Source of the DNA: a virus
Virus record (IMG/VR): IMGVR_UViG_3300042556_001053
Span: 1-64,000 of that record
Length of the DNA stretch: 64,000 nt
Direction: 5' to 3' (one strand)
Numbering within the stretch: the first letter of the stretch is position 1; every line of letters begins with the position of its first letter. Position numbers and translations under genes: made by a program. Below are positions 18,680-30,200 of this stretch, piece by piece. A model generated the notes under the pieces. It was not told the origin of the DNA, did not search any database, and was given only the letters and a program-made list of their open reading frames with translations.

Positions 18680-21600
18680 TCAAGTTGTTGTAAAGGTTAC
18701 TGAGCCAGAGGCTGAGGATCCAGTCTGGTTTGCCCCTGAGTAAACAGTTACCGTAACAGTATATTGTGTTGCACGGGTTCCTCCAGTAATGGTTCTGCTT
18801 CTAGCGGCAGTGCTGTTGGCAGTGACTCCATTAAGATTTGTGGAAGGAGAAGTTGTAATAGAGTATGAAGCCTGATTGGTAGCACTCCAACTTAAAGCTC
18901 CTCCAAAATTGCTTGGAACAACTGCAACATTAGAAATTGTTGCTATTACAGATCCAAAGAACGGTGGGAAGAACGGTGGGAAGAACGGTGGGAAGAACGG
19001 TGGGAAGAATGGGAAGAATGGAGGGAAGAAAGGAGGGAAGAAAGGTGGGAAGAAAGGAGGGAAGAACGGAGTTGCTCCAAAGAATGGAGGGAAGAAAGGA
19101 GGGAAGAAAGGTGGGAAGAAAGGAGGAAAGAATGGGCTTGCACTAAAGAACGGCGGGAAGAACGGCGGGAAGAACGGCGGGAAGAATGGACTAGCAGTAG
19201 TCACTCCAGTAATAAGCGTTGTTTCTCCAACATCAGTACTTGATGGCTGTGGAGCAAGAAGCATGTTTGAAGTAGCTCTTGGTGAGTACCCTCCAGGTAG
19301 GCTTGTTGGGGTAGTTGAATTAAAATAAACACGGTATCTACTGCTTTGTGTTGGTGTAGTTGGATAACTAGTTACAGCAGATCCATTATTTACAAATGCA
19401 AAAGCATTATCTTGAACAACATATCTGTTTATAACAAACATATCAGCATATTGTTGTCCTGGATAAAACTTTGCTTCATACTCCATTATATTTGCGGGAG
19501 TTCCATACTGATATCCTAACCATCTTACTATATATGAAGATGAATCTCCAAAATAATAAAGTGAGGTTTGTTGCATATCTCTTGGCATTACAGAAAATAC
19601 TAATCCAGATGTGCTGGTTACTGAGTCTGACGTATTAGCAGTTACTGCACTGGAGTTTCCTAAACTTATATAGCCATTGGTGGATACGCTTATTCTGTTA
19701 CCCATTGCAAAGGTATATTCTGCTGGAGCTGTATAAGTTACAGAGCCAGAACCTTGGGTGTCTGTAATAGCATTTGCAGTTGTTATGCTTGATCCAGAAG
19801 ACAGTGATGCTGATGTACCAGTCTGATTTAGTCCAGAATAAACTGTAATACTATTTACTGTAACTGTTCTAGATAATGAATCATTAGATATAACAGGAAT
19901 ACTTGGACTAGTTGCACTTGAGTTTCCAGTAACATTGAAGGTAGAAAGCCCTGATGCGGTTATATTAATTGAATAGCTTTGTGCTCCAGATTGTGTCCAT
20001 GAAACATTTGCACCTTTATTTGTATTAATTGCACGTATGCCAACTGATGCTGTTCCAGTTGATGTTACCGTAAATGTTCCATCTGTTAGCAATGATGATG
20101 GGTTTGTTGGAGATGAGCCACCAGAACCTGCTCCAGATACCGTAAATAAGCCTGCTGCTGATGTATTGGATCCGTTTGCCCATGATACAGATCCAGTATT
20201 TGATGGTGGTGTATTAGAAACAGATATGCTAGTAGAAGAACCTGGAGCAATAGAATTATTACTAATAGATATTCCACTAATTGATGGAGGGGCTGCAGGT
20301 GTAGTAAATTGAGTACCAGTAGATGAAACAGTGTCTCCAGTTCCTGATGTTATTATAAGTACTGGAGTGTAACTTGTTTGTTCAGAAAGAGAAACCGACT
20401 TGGATACTTCTGTTGTTCCGCTATGTGAGCCTACACCAGTTAATGACCACGAAGACTGATTTGTTTTTGTCCAAGATATTAATGCGCTATTATATGTAAT
20501 AGAGCTTGCTGTTGGTCCAGAGTTTATTGCTGGAATATCCATAGATATAGATGATGGAGATCCTGAACCTGTTGAGTTCTTTGCTCTAACATAAAAAGTA
20601 TTGCTTCCAGATAATCCACTTACGCTATATGTTAAAACATTACCAATGTCTGTATATCCTAGGTTGTTAATTTGATACTCATAAGATGTAACTGTTCCAG
20701 CGGGTTTTTCCCACGTAAATGTTTTTGATCCACCATTTCCAGGAGACTTTGCTAAATTTGGCGGTGCTGGTGGAATTGCTACTGATGTAGTAAATGATGC
20801 ACCAGTAGTAGTTGCTGTATCACCATTAGGTCCAGTGATAGTTAGAGTTGGTGTATAAGTTGTGCTTGGGCTTAATGCATTATTAACAGCATAGGTTGTT
20901 TGTGTAGTTCCAGTAAACGGATTTCCTGTAGCCCCTGGTATTGATAAAGAAAAAGAAGATTGATTTGTGGTTTGATTTGTCCAGTTAAAGGCTGCACTAA
21001 CCGATGTTACTGGATTTGCTGCTGGGAAAGAAGAAATAACTGGTGGGGTAAATTGTCCAGTGTTTACCGAAGACCCTGAACCAGAACCATTGTATGCTCT
21101 TACTTGAAACGTGTTTATACCATTTATAACATTTAAAGAAACTGAAGTGGTTAAACCAACATCAATAAATCCTAAATTGTTTATTTGATACTCATATCCT
21201 GTTGGAGTTGAACCACCTGACGGTGCACTCCAAGTAAATGTTTTAGCTAAACCATTTCCTGTACTCCTTTGAAGGTTTGTTGGAGGGCCTGGTACTGGGG
21301 CTGATGTGGTAAATGTTCTTGATGCTGATACTGTGTCTCCGCTTGAAGATGTAACTGTAAGTGTTGCTGTATAGGTTGTGCTTCCAACAAAAGCATTGTT
21401 TACTGCATAAAATGTTCCAGAATCATTTCCAGTAAAAGGTGTGCCAGTGGCACCTGGTATAGATAGAGAATAGCTTGATTGATAGGTTGATGTCCAATTA
21501 AATAAAGCTGACGTTGATGTTACTGGATCTGGTGCTGGGAAAGTAAGAGTTGGTATAGTAAATTGTCCAGTGCTTACAGACGTTCCTGGTCCTGCTGCAG

Positions 21601-23269
21601 ATCTTGCTCTTACTGAAAATGTTAAATTTTGCCCAGCTATGCTTGTAAAAGATACAGAACGTGTTAGTCCTGTGCTTACCCAGCCTGCACCACTTAGGTT
21701 GTATTCATAGGATGTAGGAGCTGTTCCAGATGATGGTGCGTCCCATGTAAATGTTTTATTTGGTCCATTACCCAAAGTTCTTTGAAGGTTTGTTGGAGGG
21801 CCTGGTACTGGAGCAAGAGTGGTAAATGCGGTTCCTGAAACAGTATGGGTATCTCCAGTTGATGATGTAACAGTAATTGTGGGTGTATATGTTGTACTTC
21901 CTTGCAAGTCAAACGGTGGAGTTGCAATAGGGGTAGACTCAGTGGTTGTTGCTGAATACGGAGATGTTGCTCCTGCTGGAGATAAAGAAATAGAATAGCT
22001 TGCTTGGTCATTAGATGCCCAATCTATTTCTGCTGCTGTTGAATTAAATGTAACAGCAAATGGTGGCGTTGTAACTCTTGGTACAATAAATGATGGAGTT
22101 GATACAGCTGAGCTTTCAGATGTTGGACCAACAGACCTTACTGAAAAAACATTTTGTGACCCATAGACTGTTGTTATTGAAACACTAGTTAATAGATTAT
22201 TACTGATCCAGCCAGAATCACCAAATGGGCTTGTATATCTATATTCATACTTTGTTAGTGTTCCTCCTCCAACAGGTGCTGTCCAACTGAAGGTTTTTGA
22301 TGTTCCGTTGCCCAAAGTTCTTTGAAGGTTTGTTGGAGGATTTGGTGGGGTTTGAAGTGGTCCAAATACAGCAAATTGTTTAATTCCATAATCCTCCCCT
22401 ATATTATAATCAGTTCCACTATTTTTTTGTGTATCAACAGCATAGTAATATGTACCTTCTGGAATGGTTGCTGGTGTAACTAAAGATGATGTAACATTGT
22501 AAACATTAGATGTAACAGATGGAGTATTTGTAGTTATTCCTGATGTAACCTCAGTTCCATATGTTGCTATATTTGATGTATTATATGTTCCACTTGTTGC
22601 TGTATACCATTTAACTGAGCTTCTTGTTGAGTCTGGCAGATATTCTGCGGTACCGTTCCAAGATGAAGAGTATTGCAATGTAGCTGGTAAAGATGTAACA
22701 ACTCCAATAATTCTCGGATCTACTCCTGATTGTTTTAATGGGTTATTTCTAATTAATGGAATTCTATATCCAAGACCAGTCTCTGTATTATCTGTATTAT
22801 CTATACCTTCTGCACCTGTTGATGTTATTGCTTTTACTGTAAATAATAGCCATTTACCATCCCATAAGTTTGAATCAAAAGTAATTGACACATATGGTCC
22901 ACCCATAGGTGTTTCAGATATAAGGCTTGTGTATGGGCCAGTGTCTAACGTTGCTGATGTTGAACCTTCAAGCTTGTATTTATATGAAGATATTGTTTCT
23001 CCATTTCCATCCCAAATTCCTCTTTGTGCATATTTTGTTGAACCAAAAATAATTGGCTCAATTACATAATTATTTCCTGCTGTATCTGAAGAAAAGTACG
23101 GTGCTTTTGTTGTAAATGGTCCAGATTTCGGCCAAAATAGTTTCCATAATGTTGATGTAGATTTTATCCATGCCCTTGTAACTGGAACCCACTCTGTTGG
23201 GCTTTTCTTAACCCATATTTTAGTAGCAGAAGCCCAGGTAGTTGGGTTTTTTTTAATCCACAATGGCAT
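18680..23269 (-). CDS. Tail fibre/receptor-binding protein with multiple FN3 domains and a Pro-Phe-Phe repeat tract
   Basis: Repeated PGPPTNLQR..KTFTW.AP..YEY..F.VRA units; last gene of the tail module; start MPLW at 23269. Confidence 0.85.
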   Translation of the reverse strand: MPLWIKKNPTTWASATKIWVKKSPTEWVPVTRAWIKSTSTLWKLFWPKSGPFTTKAPYFSSDTAGNNYVIEPIIFGSTKYAQRGIWDGNGETISSYKYKLEGSTSATLDTGPYTSLISETPMGGPYVSITFDSNLWDGKWLLFTVKAITSTGAEGIDNTDNTETGLGYRIPLIRNNPLKQSGVDPRIIGVVTSLPATLQYSSSWNGTAEYLPDSTRSSVKWYTATSGTYNTSNIATYGTEVTSGITTNTPSVTSNVYNVTSSLVTPATIPEGTYYYAVDTQKNSGTDYNIGEDYGIKQFAVFGPLQTPPNPPTNLQRTLGNGTSKTFSWTAPVGGGTLTKYEYRYTSPFGDSGWISNNLLTSVSITTVYGSQNVFSVRSVGPTSESSAVSTPSFIVPRVTTPPFAVTFNSTAAEIDWASNDQASYSISLSPAGATSPYSATTTESTPIATPPFDLQGSTTYTPTITVTSSTGDTHTVSGTAFTTLAPVPGPPTNLQRTLGNGPNKTFTWDAPSSGTAPTSYEYNLSGAGWVSTGLTRSVSFTSIAGQNLTFSVRARSAAGPGTSVSTGQFTIPTLTFPAPDPVTSTSALFNWTSTYQSSYSLSIPGATGTPFTGNDSGTFYAVNNAFVGSTTYTATLTVTSSSGDTVSASRTFTTSAPVPGPPTNLQRSTGNGLAKTFTWSAPSGGSTPTGYEYQINNLGFIDVGLTTSVSLNVINGINTFQVRAYNGSGSGSSVNTGQFTPPVISSFPAANPVTSVSAAFNWTNQTTNQSSFSLSIPGATGNPFTGTTQTTYAVNNALSPSTTYTPTLTITGPNGDTATTTGASFTTSVAIPPAPPNLAKSPGNGGSKTFTWEKPAGTVTSYEYQINNLGYTDIGNVLTYSVSGLSGSNTFYVRAKNSTGSGSPSSISMDIPAINSGPTASSITYNSALISWTKTNQSSWSLTGVGSHSGTTEVSKSVSLSEQTSYTPVLIITSGTGDTVSSTGTQFTTPAAPPSISGISISNNSIAPGSSTSISVSNTPPSNTGSVSWANGSNTSAAGLFTVSGAGSGGSSPTNPSSLLTDGTFTVTSTGTASVGIRAINTNKGANVSWTQSGAQSYSINITASGLSTFNVTGNSSATSPSIPVISNDSLSRTVTVNSITVYSGLNQTGTSASLSSGSSITTANAITDTQGSGSVTYTAPAEYTFAMGNRISVSTNGYISLGNSSAVTANTSDSVTSTSGLVFSVMPRDMQQTSLYYFGDSSSYIVRWLGYQYGTPANIMEYEAKFYPGQQYADMFVINRYVVQDNAFAFVNNGSAVTSYPTTPTQSSRYRVYFNSTTPTSLPGGYSPRATSNMLLAPQPSSTDVGETTLITGVTTASPFFPPFFPPFFPPFFSASPFFPPFFPPFFPPFFPPFFGATPFFPPFFPPFFPPFFPPFFPFFPPFFPPFFPPFFPPFFGSVIATISNVAVVPSNFGGALSWSATNQASYSITTSPSTNLNGVTANSTAARSRTITGGTRATQYTVTVTVYSGANQTGSSASGSVTFTTT
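18956..19189 (-). repeat. 12-bp coding repeat encoding (PPFF)n: 19 FF pairs in three blocks
   Basis: plus-strand units gaagaacggtgg, gaagaaaggagg, gaagaacggcgg. Confidence 0.95.
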
Positions 23270-23270
23270 A

Positions 23271-26200
23271 TTAATATTGTACCAGTAAGTCTCCAGCATA
23301 TCCAGTATCGTCGGTTGGAGCCTGAGTTCCATAAGACGTTGGCTTATAGTATACTGCCATTCCAAGCATAACCTCTCCAGTTACTGGATCTTCAATTAAC
23401 ATTCTTGATCTTGGGTATCTTCCAAGTGGATTGACACCACGATATGATCCACTTCCGTCTGGAACTACTGTTGCGTTGGTAGCTATAGTCATATCTAAAT
23501 CTCTTTGAACCTGTATACCAGTTATTACAACACCGTAAGTTGGATCTAGAGTAATCTTTGATGGACCTGAATATGCTGAAACACCACCTACTGGAAATGC
23601 ACCACCACGTCCAACTCCAGAACCTACAACAACCTGATTACTTCCTTGTATAGTAATCTTGGATTCGGTTCCAACACTAATAAAAGTATTTGTTGCTGCA
23701 TTTATTTTTATTCCAGTGCTGTCAAACTGTTGCCATACATTTGTTGCTGCATTTATTTTTATTCCAGAAGAAGTAAACTTTTGCCAAATATTTGCTGTTG
23801 ATGAGATTTCAATTTTTTGTCCATCTGGCAAACTTGCAGAATCACCATCAATATTAATAAATACGTTTTCTGTTGCAACTAGCTTAATTTTTTTACTAGT
23901 AAATGCTGCCCATGCACCATACTTTGTGCTTGGAGAGTATGCTGCAGCTCCAGTTTCTGGATCAACTACAGTAGTTTGTGCAGTATAAAATAACATTGAT
24001 GGTGTGTTTGTTGCAATAGCTGGATTTAGCTTATCTCCAGTTGCAGCTGAGCCTTTATCCAAAAGAAGTCCTAGGTTTGGAGCTACTGATAACTGTATAC
24101 CAGTTGTGCTTGCAGTAATAAATGGATCGCTTCTTTGAAGAGTGAAGTAGTCCCAATCACCAGTATATAGACCTACTCCCTTTACTGTAGTAACTCCATC
24201 TGCTAATACAGAATTGTTCCAGTAATCCTTAAAGCTTGATCCAGCTGCAATGTATGGTCCGTTTACAGGTCCTGATGATGCTATTTGTTTACCAGTTGAC
24301 CATGGCTCAGTCGGGTTTGGACTAGTTAAATATATGTTATTATTTCTTGGAACTAAAAATGCTGCTGGACCTAGAGTACCACCAGGGGTTCCAGCTGATT
24401 GCAATGACATATAACCATGTTCACCATCCATGGTCATCTTGCCTAATGCTCCTACGCTTGATACAGTTCCAGTAATCTTAGCATTTGACGCATACAGGTT
24501 TCCAGCTAGCGTTACTCTAAATGCATGAGTTGTTCCTATAGCACCAAAACTATCTGAACCAGCCCAAAACACGTTTTCTGTTCCAACAGGCGTACCGTTA
24601 ATGTTGTCTGATGGCGTACTACCAGTGGATATGTATGGTCCATTTATTCCAGCTGTGTACCCCGCAATATTTTGTGAACTTACTGATATATTTCCATCGG
24701 ATGAGTTTAATGATATATTTGCAGCACCAGACCTTGATATAGATGAAGCATTTACATTCCAGCCACCAATAACAGCGCTTCTTGTAGTAAATAAACCATC
24801 TTCTGATCTTATTGTTGTTATATCTCTTGTTGTTGATGAGTTAAAAGTTAGGCCATCTTTGTTTAATATAAAACCAGTTCCTGTAATCAATATAACTGAT
24901 CCAACTGAATCAGTAACTAAAGCATTAGTTGTATTAGCAACAGTAAACGTGTTTGATGTCCTTGCTGTTATTTTAAACTTGCCGTTGTACCCTTCTGGCA
25001 AAAGTCCAGAAATAAGGATATCATCTCCAACTACATACCCATGGTTAATTGAACCAGTTGTATAAGTTGCTGTTGTTGCTGTATAAGTAACGCTGGAGAT
25101 TGCAAATACTGTTGGTGGCGTAATAAATGATTGAAGAGATCCTCCACCAGCTATTGAAACGTTTCCACTAAAATTTCCTTTTCTTGCAGAGATGTTTCCA
25201 TCAATTACAAAATCAGAACCGCTCCAGTCAATATAGTTTGAATTTTCTCCACCAACCCTTATTGAAGCTGATTGATCTGAATCAATGCGCCAGTAGTTAT
25301 ATGAATTAAACCTTAATCCACGTAGTGATGGACCATCATCTTGAATTCCATATCCAAACCTAAATGCTGTGCTATCAGCATCAGATGCATTTGCTTTTGC
25401 TTGAAAATATCCAGAGACATTTACTTTTTCACTTGCAATATACGGAGTTCCACCTATCTCAACATTATTACCCGCAAAGTAATTTGAAGAAAGATTATTG
25501 TACTGATCATATGTTGCAACCGCAATCTCATATTCTGCCCCAAGGCTTAGTCCAGTTAACCTATAAGATGTTGCGTCTCCAATTGAGTCTGCAGTTGAAT
25601 ATTTTGAAACTGGATCTGTAACTGGTCTATACCTTATTCTGTATCCACGTATATCTCCAGCTGTTATTGGGCTCCATGAAAGGTCAATATATCCATTAAA
25701 TCCAACTACTCCTGTAGAATCTATTCCACCTGATGTCTCAAGTGATGTAACATCTGGTGGCCCCTCATTGTCTGCACCTACAGAACTTGTTGGTGTTACT
25801 TTTTTAGCAGCAGAAAAAGCTGTGTATATTCCAGCATCTGAAGAAAATCTTGCCTTTACCCATCTTTGGTTTGTTCCATCAGTAATTATATTTGCTGGAT
25901 TTATTGATCCAAAATAAGTTCTGATATATGTAACACCTGTTGGCTCTGTTAAATCTGTAGACTCATATTCAACCACATCAATAGCATCATAAACATCTTC
26001 AACTGGAGTTGTGTATGAAACACTATAGCCACCTTGAATTGGTTTAACATCAATAACTGGTATTGGCAAACTTAAAACATATTCTGGAACTGTTGGAGCA
26101 CAAATTGTATTGCTTATGTTATTGAGTGGATCTGCAGTCAAAACACATACTGCAGAAAAACTTGTTCTAAACACATTAAACATTGATGTAATTATAGATT

Positions 26201-26705
26201 TTGTTACTGTGACTGTTTGTCTAGTTTGTGTCGTGTTTGGTATAAAGATATTAGACTGCGATCTTTTTGTTACTCCACCTGAAGTTAGTTGCACAATAAA
26301 CTGTGACACAGAATCATTAACATCATTAGCATAATCCCAGTCAAAGCTTATAACTAAATCATTTCCAACCCAAGCTACAGAAACATTTGTTGGGTCAGTT
26401 GGAACAACAATTACTGGTCCAGAACCACCAGGATATGTCTTGGGGGGTTTATTTCCTCCACGTGGAATAGTTATGCCACCGAAATCTGGAGGCAATGGCG
26501 CTGGTGGAGTTCTTCCAGCAGGGTTGTTTAGATTTCTACCGCCACCTATTAATGCTTTTCCATCAAGACCAACAATATCAATTTCAGCACCTTGTCGTGC
26601 TTTTGTCTGTCCTATTTTACCTGGTTTTAATCTTGGGTCATCAACGCCAATTGGTACCGTTTGGTTTTTACCAACGGATTTACCACTTGTATATTTTGAC
26701 TTCAC
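23271..26705 (-). CDS. Minor tail/tail-tip protein with FN3 domain
   Basis: FN3 LSWSP..GYRIRY..YRLTGL..YEIAVATYD; GTG start; position in tail module. Confidence 0.8.
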   Translation of the reverse strand: MKSKYTSGKSVGKNQTVPIGVDDPRLKPGKIGQTKARQGAEIDIVGLDGKALIGGGRNLNNPAGRTPPAPLPPDFGGITIPRGGNKPPKTYPGGSGPVIVVPTDPTNVSVAWVGNDLVISFDWDYANDVNDSVSQFIVQLTSGGVTKRSQSNIFIPNTTQTRQTVTVTKSIITSMFNVFRTSFSAVCVLTADPLNNISNTICAPTVPEYVLSLPIPVIDVKPIQGGYSVSYTTPVEDVYDAIDVVEYESTDLTEPTGVTYIRTYFGSINPANIITDGTNQRWVKARFSSDAGIYTAFSAAKKVTPTSSVGADNEGPPDVTSLETSGGIDSTGVVGFNGYIDLSWSPITAGDIRGYRIRYRPVTDPVSKYSTADSIGDATSYRLTGLSLGAEYEIAVATYDQYNNLSSNYFAGNNVEIGGTPYIASEKVNVSGYFQAKANASDADSTAFRFGYGIQDDGPSLRGLRFNSYNYWRIDSDQSASIRVGGENSNYIDWSGSDFVIDGNISARKGNFSGNVSIAGGGSLQSFITPPTVFAISSVTYTATTATYTTGSINHGYVVGDDILISGLLPEGYNGKFKITARTSNTFTVANTTNALVTDSVGSVILITGTGFILNKDGLTFNSSTTRDITTIRSEDGLFTTRSAVIGGWNVNASSISRSGAANISLNSSDGNISVSSQNIAGYTAGINGPYISTGSTPSDNINGTPVGTENVFWAGSDSFGAIGTTHAFRVTLAGNLYASNAKITGTVSSVGALGKMTMDGEHGYMSLQSAGTPGGTLGPAAFLVPRNNNIYLTSPNPTEPWSTGKQIASSGPVNGPYIAAGSSFKDYWNNSVLADGVTTVKGVGLYTGDWDYFTLQRSDPFITASTTGIQLSVAPNLGLLLDKGSAATGDKLNPAIATNTPSMLFYTAQTTVVDPETGAAAYSPSTKYGAWAAFTSKKIKLVATENVFINIDGDSASLPDGQKIEISSTANIWQKFTSSGIKINAATNVWQQFDSTGIKINAATNTFISVGTESKITIQGSNQVVVGSGVGRGGAFPVGGVSAYSGPSKITLDPTYGVVITGIQVQRDLDMTIATNATVVPDGSGSYRGVNPLGRYPRSRMLIEDPVTGEVMLGMAVYYKPTSYGTQAPTDDTGYAGDLLVQY

Positions 26706-26718
26706 GTTGGCCTCTTAA

Positions 26719-27246
26719 TTACTTTGGCCCTATTGCCATCCAGTTTACAAAAAAAGTTCCAGTTATTGCGATTCCATCACTGTTAGTACTATTTGGATTA
26801 GTTACTCTGTATGTAAAGCCCTCTTGTGTTACAGCTACAACAGTTACTACAATATGAGAATTCCACTTTACTTTAGTAGATTGTGTATTTTGTATTGTTG
26901 CAGTCACTATTGGAGGTGCATCAAATGATGATGCTCCAGATACGTCGTCTGCAAAAACAACATCGCCATAGTATACCTGTGGCACATTGTTACTAGCTGA
27001 ATCAAAGGTAATTCCTGGTAACTCTGGATTAAACTTGTTCTTACCAAAAACAATCTTTTGTGATCCTGGGTCATACTCATGAGATAAGTCAGACTCACCT
27101 TGCCAGTTTGTCTCGCCTGTACCCTGAATTCCAAAATTATTAGTAATTGCGGTAATGCTATCGCTATGCTGATTAACAACATTAATAACTTGCTGCCATG
27201 CAGCAACGTCTATTACGTTTGGATCTGATATTTTAATGTATGACAT
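26719..27246 (-). CDS. Minor tail protein with H-type-lectin-like/gp53-like C-terminus
   Basis: FDAPPIVTAT..VTQEGFTY..VNWMAIG. Confidence 0.7.
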   Translation of the reverse strand: MSYIKISDPNVIDVAAWQQVINVVNQHSDSITAITNNFGIQGTGETNWQGESDLSHEYDPGSQKIVFGKNKFNPELPGITFDSASNNVPQVYYGDVVFADDVSGASSFDAPPIVTATIQNTQSTKVKWNSHIVVTVVAVTQEGFTYRVTNPNSTNSDGIAITGTFFVNWMAIGPK

Positions 27247-27265
27247 TATGATCTCCTAGATTTCA

Positions 27266-27274
27266 ATTATACCA
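27266..27274 (-). promoter_or_regulatory. Extended -10 promoter TGGTATAAT
   Basis: Gap upstream of AGGAG SD. Confidence 0.7.
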
Positions 27275-27285
27275 CAGCCATCCTG

Positions 27286-30200
27286 CTAATCTAATCTATT
27301 CATCTTGATAGATGTTGAAAGCCCAGAATCAAATGAGTGGGATACTGACTGAACCATATATCGTTGGCTGCTAATACCATTTAGTGAGTAGGTTAGTCCC
27401 ACTATGTCTCCTACTTGGATTAGTGGGTTGCCGAAGATATTTAAAGTTACCGTTTTTGAAAATCCATCCAGACCCATCTCAACAATCTTGAGCATCTTAT
27501 ATGCTGCCTCTTTTGATTGAATCCACTCAGAGTCTAACTGAAGAACTTCTGACATGTTGGATTGGTCAACAACCTTTTCAATAATCTCTGGATCTGATGG
27601 AGCCACAACTTCATGTGTCCATAAGTTAAAGTTAATAGTAAACTGATTAAGTTCGTCAGATTCTTTACGTAAGAAAACCATATGAGGAGAATTGTTTGCT
27701 ACTGCTATCTTTGCTCTAAACCCAGTATTGATAGGAGTTGAGTATGCCAAAGAGTATTCATCAATAATCTTCTTTTGATAATTTTTTTGATCTTCTGGTT
27801 CATTTCCTGGGAAGTAGTACCACATATATTCAATTGGCAAAACATCAACAGACACTGCAGCTGGAGTTGTATATTGAACATCATACACATTAATGCCTGA
27901 AATTTCTGGTGTTGTCTGCATAATATAACTTGGAGACAAGTTGGCTAGGCTTTGGTTTTGTATTAAACCATTTAAAAATTCTCTGTCTTGGTAAAAATAA
28001 CTTACACTTCTTTCCTTTAATGGTTTTTTAGTTGCATGTATTTCTCTTAAAGATGATGCATGGTTTGAATCAGGGGATGGGAACTGTAGTGGTGGCTCTA
28101 AACCATCTATTGCATTAGGAGCTGAAGATGATACAAATCCAAACTTTGTGTCAAGAACCATGTCATTTGCTACAGATGGTTTTCTTCTCATTCCAGTTAA
28201 TGGATTAATGCTTGTTGGCTTATATCCTGTTGCACCTGTATCAGGGTCTGATGGGTCTCCAGGAACTTGCCAGCTACTAATCTCAACATTATTTAAAAAG
28301 ACAGAAAGAATATTCTTGCTTATTTCTTCTGTTCCGTCTTCACCGTCTGATCCGTCAGAAATATATCTAACAACCTTTAGGTTAAATGCGTTATCAGTTA
28401 CATAGTCGTACTGATATTTATTATCAACCTTGGTTTTATTAATTATTTTAGCAAAATTATTTGTTATGCTCTGACATTCTCCAGTTACATCAGACCAAGC
28501 AACTATATATCCATCAGTACGAATTGTAAGGGCATACCTATATCTTGGTGGATCATATAAGGTAACGGTTCCTGGTACTAAAACATTGTACTTAATCAGT
28601 TCAACAAAGTATGCCCAGTCAGTTGATTCTTCATCTTTCATATTAAAAAATAAACCTGCTGTTGTTACAGCTTGATCTGGCATGTCAAACTTAACAGAAT
28701 ATGTTTGATATCCTATATCAAGCGCATCTGTTGGATATATTAAGGTCTTATTAGTTCCAAATGTTTCAACTCTAATTTTATCAATGCTTGGCAAGCTATC
28801 AGTTATTTCACCATTACTTGTTTTACTGTTAATTATAGAAGCATCATTAGATGCTGACACATCAGTATAATAATAATTTATAGATTTTTCGGAAAGGCCT
28901 TTGCTTGCTAACGAATCTATTCTAGCATGTTCTGCTGGGGCAGTACCAAACATTCCACGTTTTACGTTTGTTATTTTTCCAGTTGGTGTTATTAAAATGT
29001 CTGATGTAGAGGCAGTAAATGCAGAACCTGACTTAGTTACTGGGTCAAGAGAGTGAGATGTAGTAAGTATTAAAAAGCTAGTTGCATCTGCATCAAGCAC
29101 TGTTCCAGATAAATTAAACTGAGTTGGAACCATACCGCTAATGTTAACCCTATCACCAACAGCAAAATCATTTTCTGCATAGTATGTGTTTATTACTCCA
29201 TCTCCTTCTGCATCAGTAACTATTGCAGACTTTTGATTTAGACCAACACCGTACTGCTTAACAAACCTATTGATTTCTGAAGATAGCTCAAGATTATTTT
29301 TTACTGAAACCTTTTCTGAAAGATTGGAGCTCATGTTTGTAAGTTCGTACTCTTTATAAACAAAAGAAACAATCTCATTTTCAATAGCTGCGTAGCCCTC
29401 ATTATTCATATTGAATGTGTGAAAAATATCCAATAAGTCGTTATTGTTGATCTGAAACACGTTTGTATCTTCTGACATGTCCGCATTAAGATAGTTAAAT
29501 CCAACAGAATCCAAGGTCTGCTGCTGCCACACCACATCATTTGAAGTTGTATAAATAAATGATGGAGAGTTTTTAATTTCTAGGTTTGTAACATTTTGTA
29601 GCGATGGCGATTGTTTAATTTTAGGTGTCTGATATCTTAGGGATATTTTTCCTGGCTTAGCGTTATTGGATATTGAAAATCCACCTTCTAAAATATTTGA
29701 GTCTGAGATACTGAGTGATGTTGTTGTTGAAGACAGGATATCCTGCAAACTTAAAAACTTCATAATTCCATACTCATCAATATATGCGCCTATTTGATAT
29801 GCAACAAAGATTTGGCTTAAAGCATCTAAAACTGTTGTATCCTTTGAGTTACAGTAGTAATAGGATAGGTCTAATGGTGCTGACTTATTATTACATATTC
29901 TATATAAAGAGTCATAGTCATAGTCTGTAAAACCAGCAAGATCTAATATGTTTGTTATTACTTCAAATACAGTCTTTAGACTTGCTACATAGTCTGGTAC
30001 TGGTGTTGACTGCAAATACCGTGAAATATCAAAGCACTGAACGCTTATGTCGCTAATATCATTTTCTTCCCAAGTATCTGAATAGAATATACCCCCTGGA
30101 ATGTATGTGCCTGATGTTGTTACGCTGCCAGGTGATGCATAATCAATAAGGTTAAAGTTAACGTAAAACTTAATATTTTTTCTTAAAATATTTGCTAATA

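Noticed and set aside
18876-19328. KNGG/KKGG-repeat ORF on the plus strand and other alternative frames
   Set aside because: Shadows of the PPFF repeat; no SD or promoter seen
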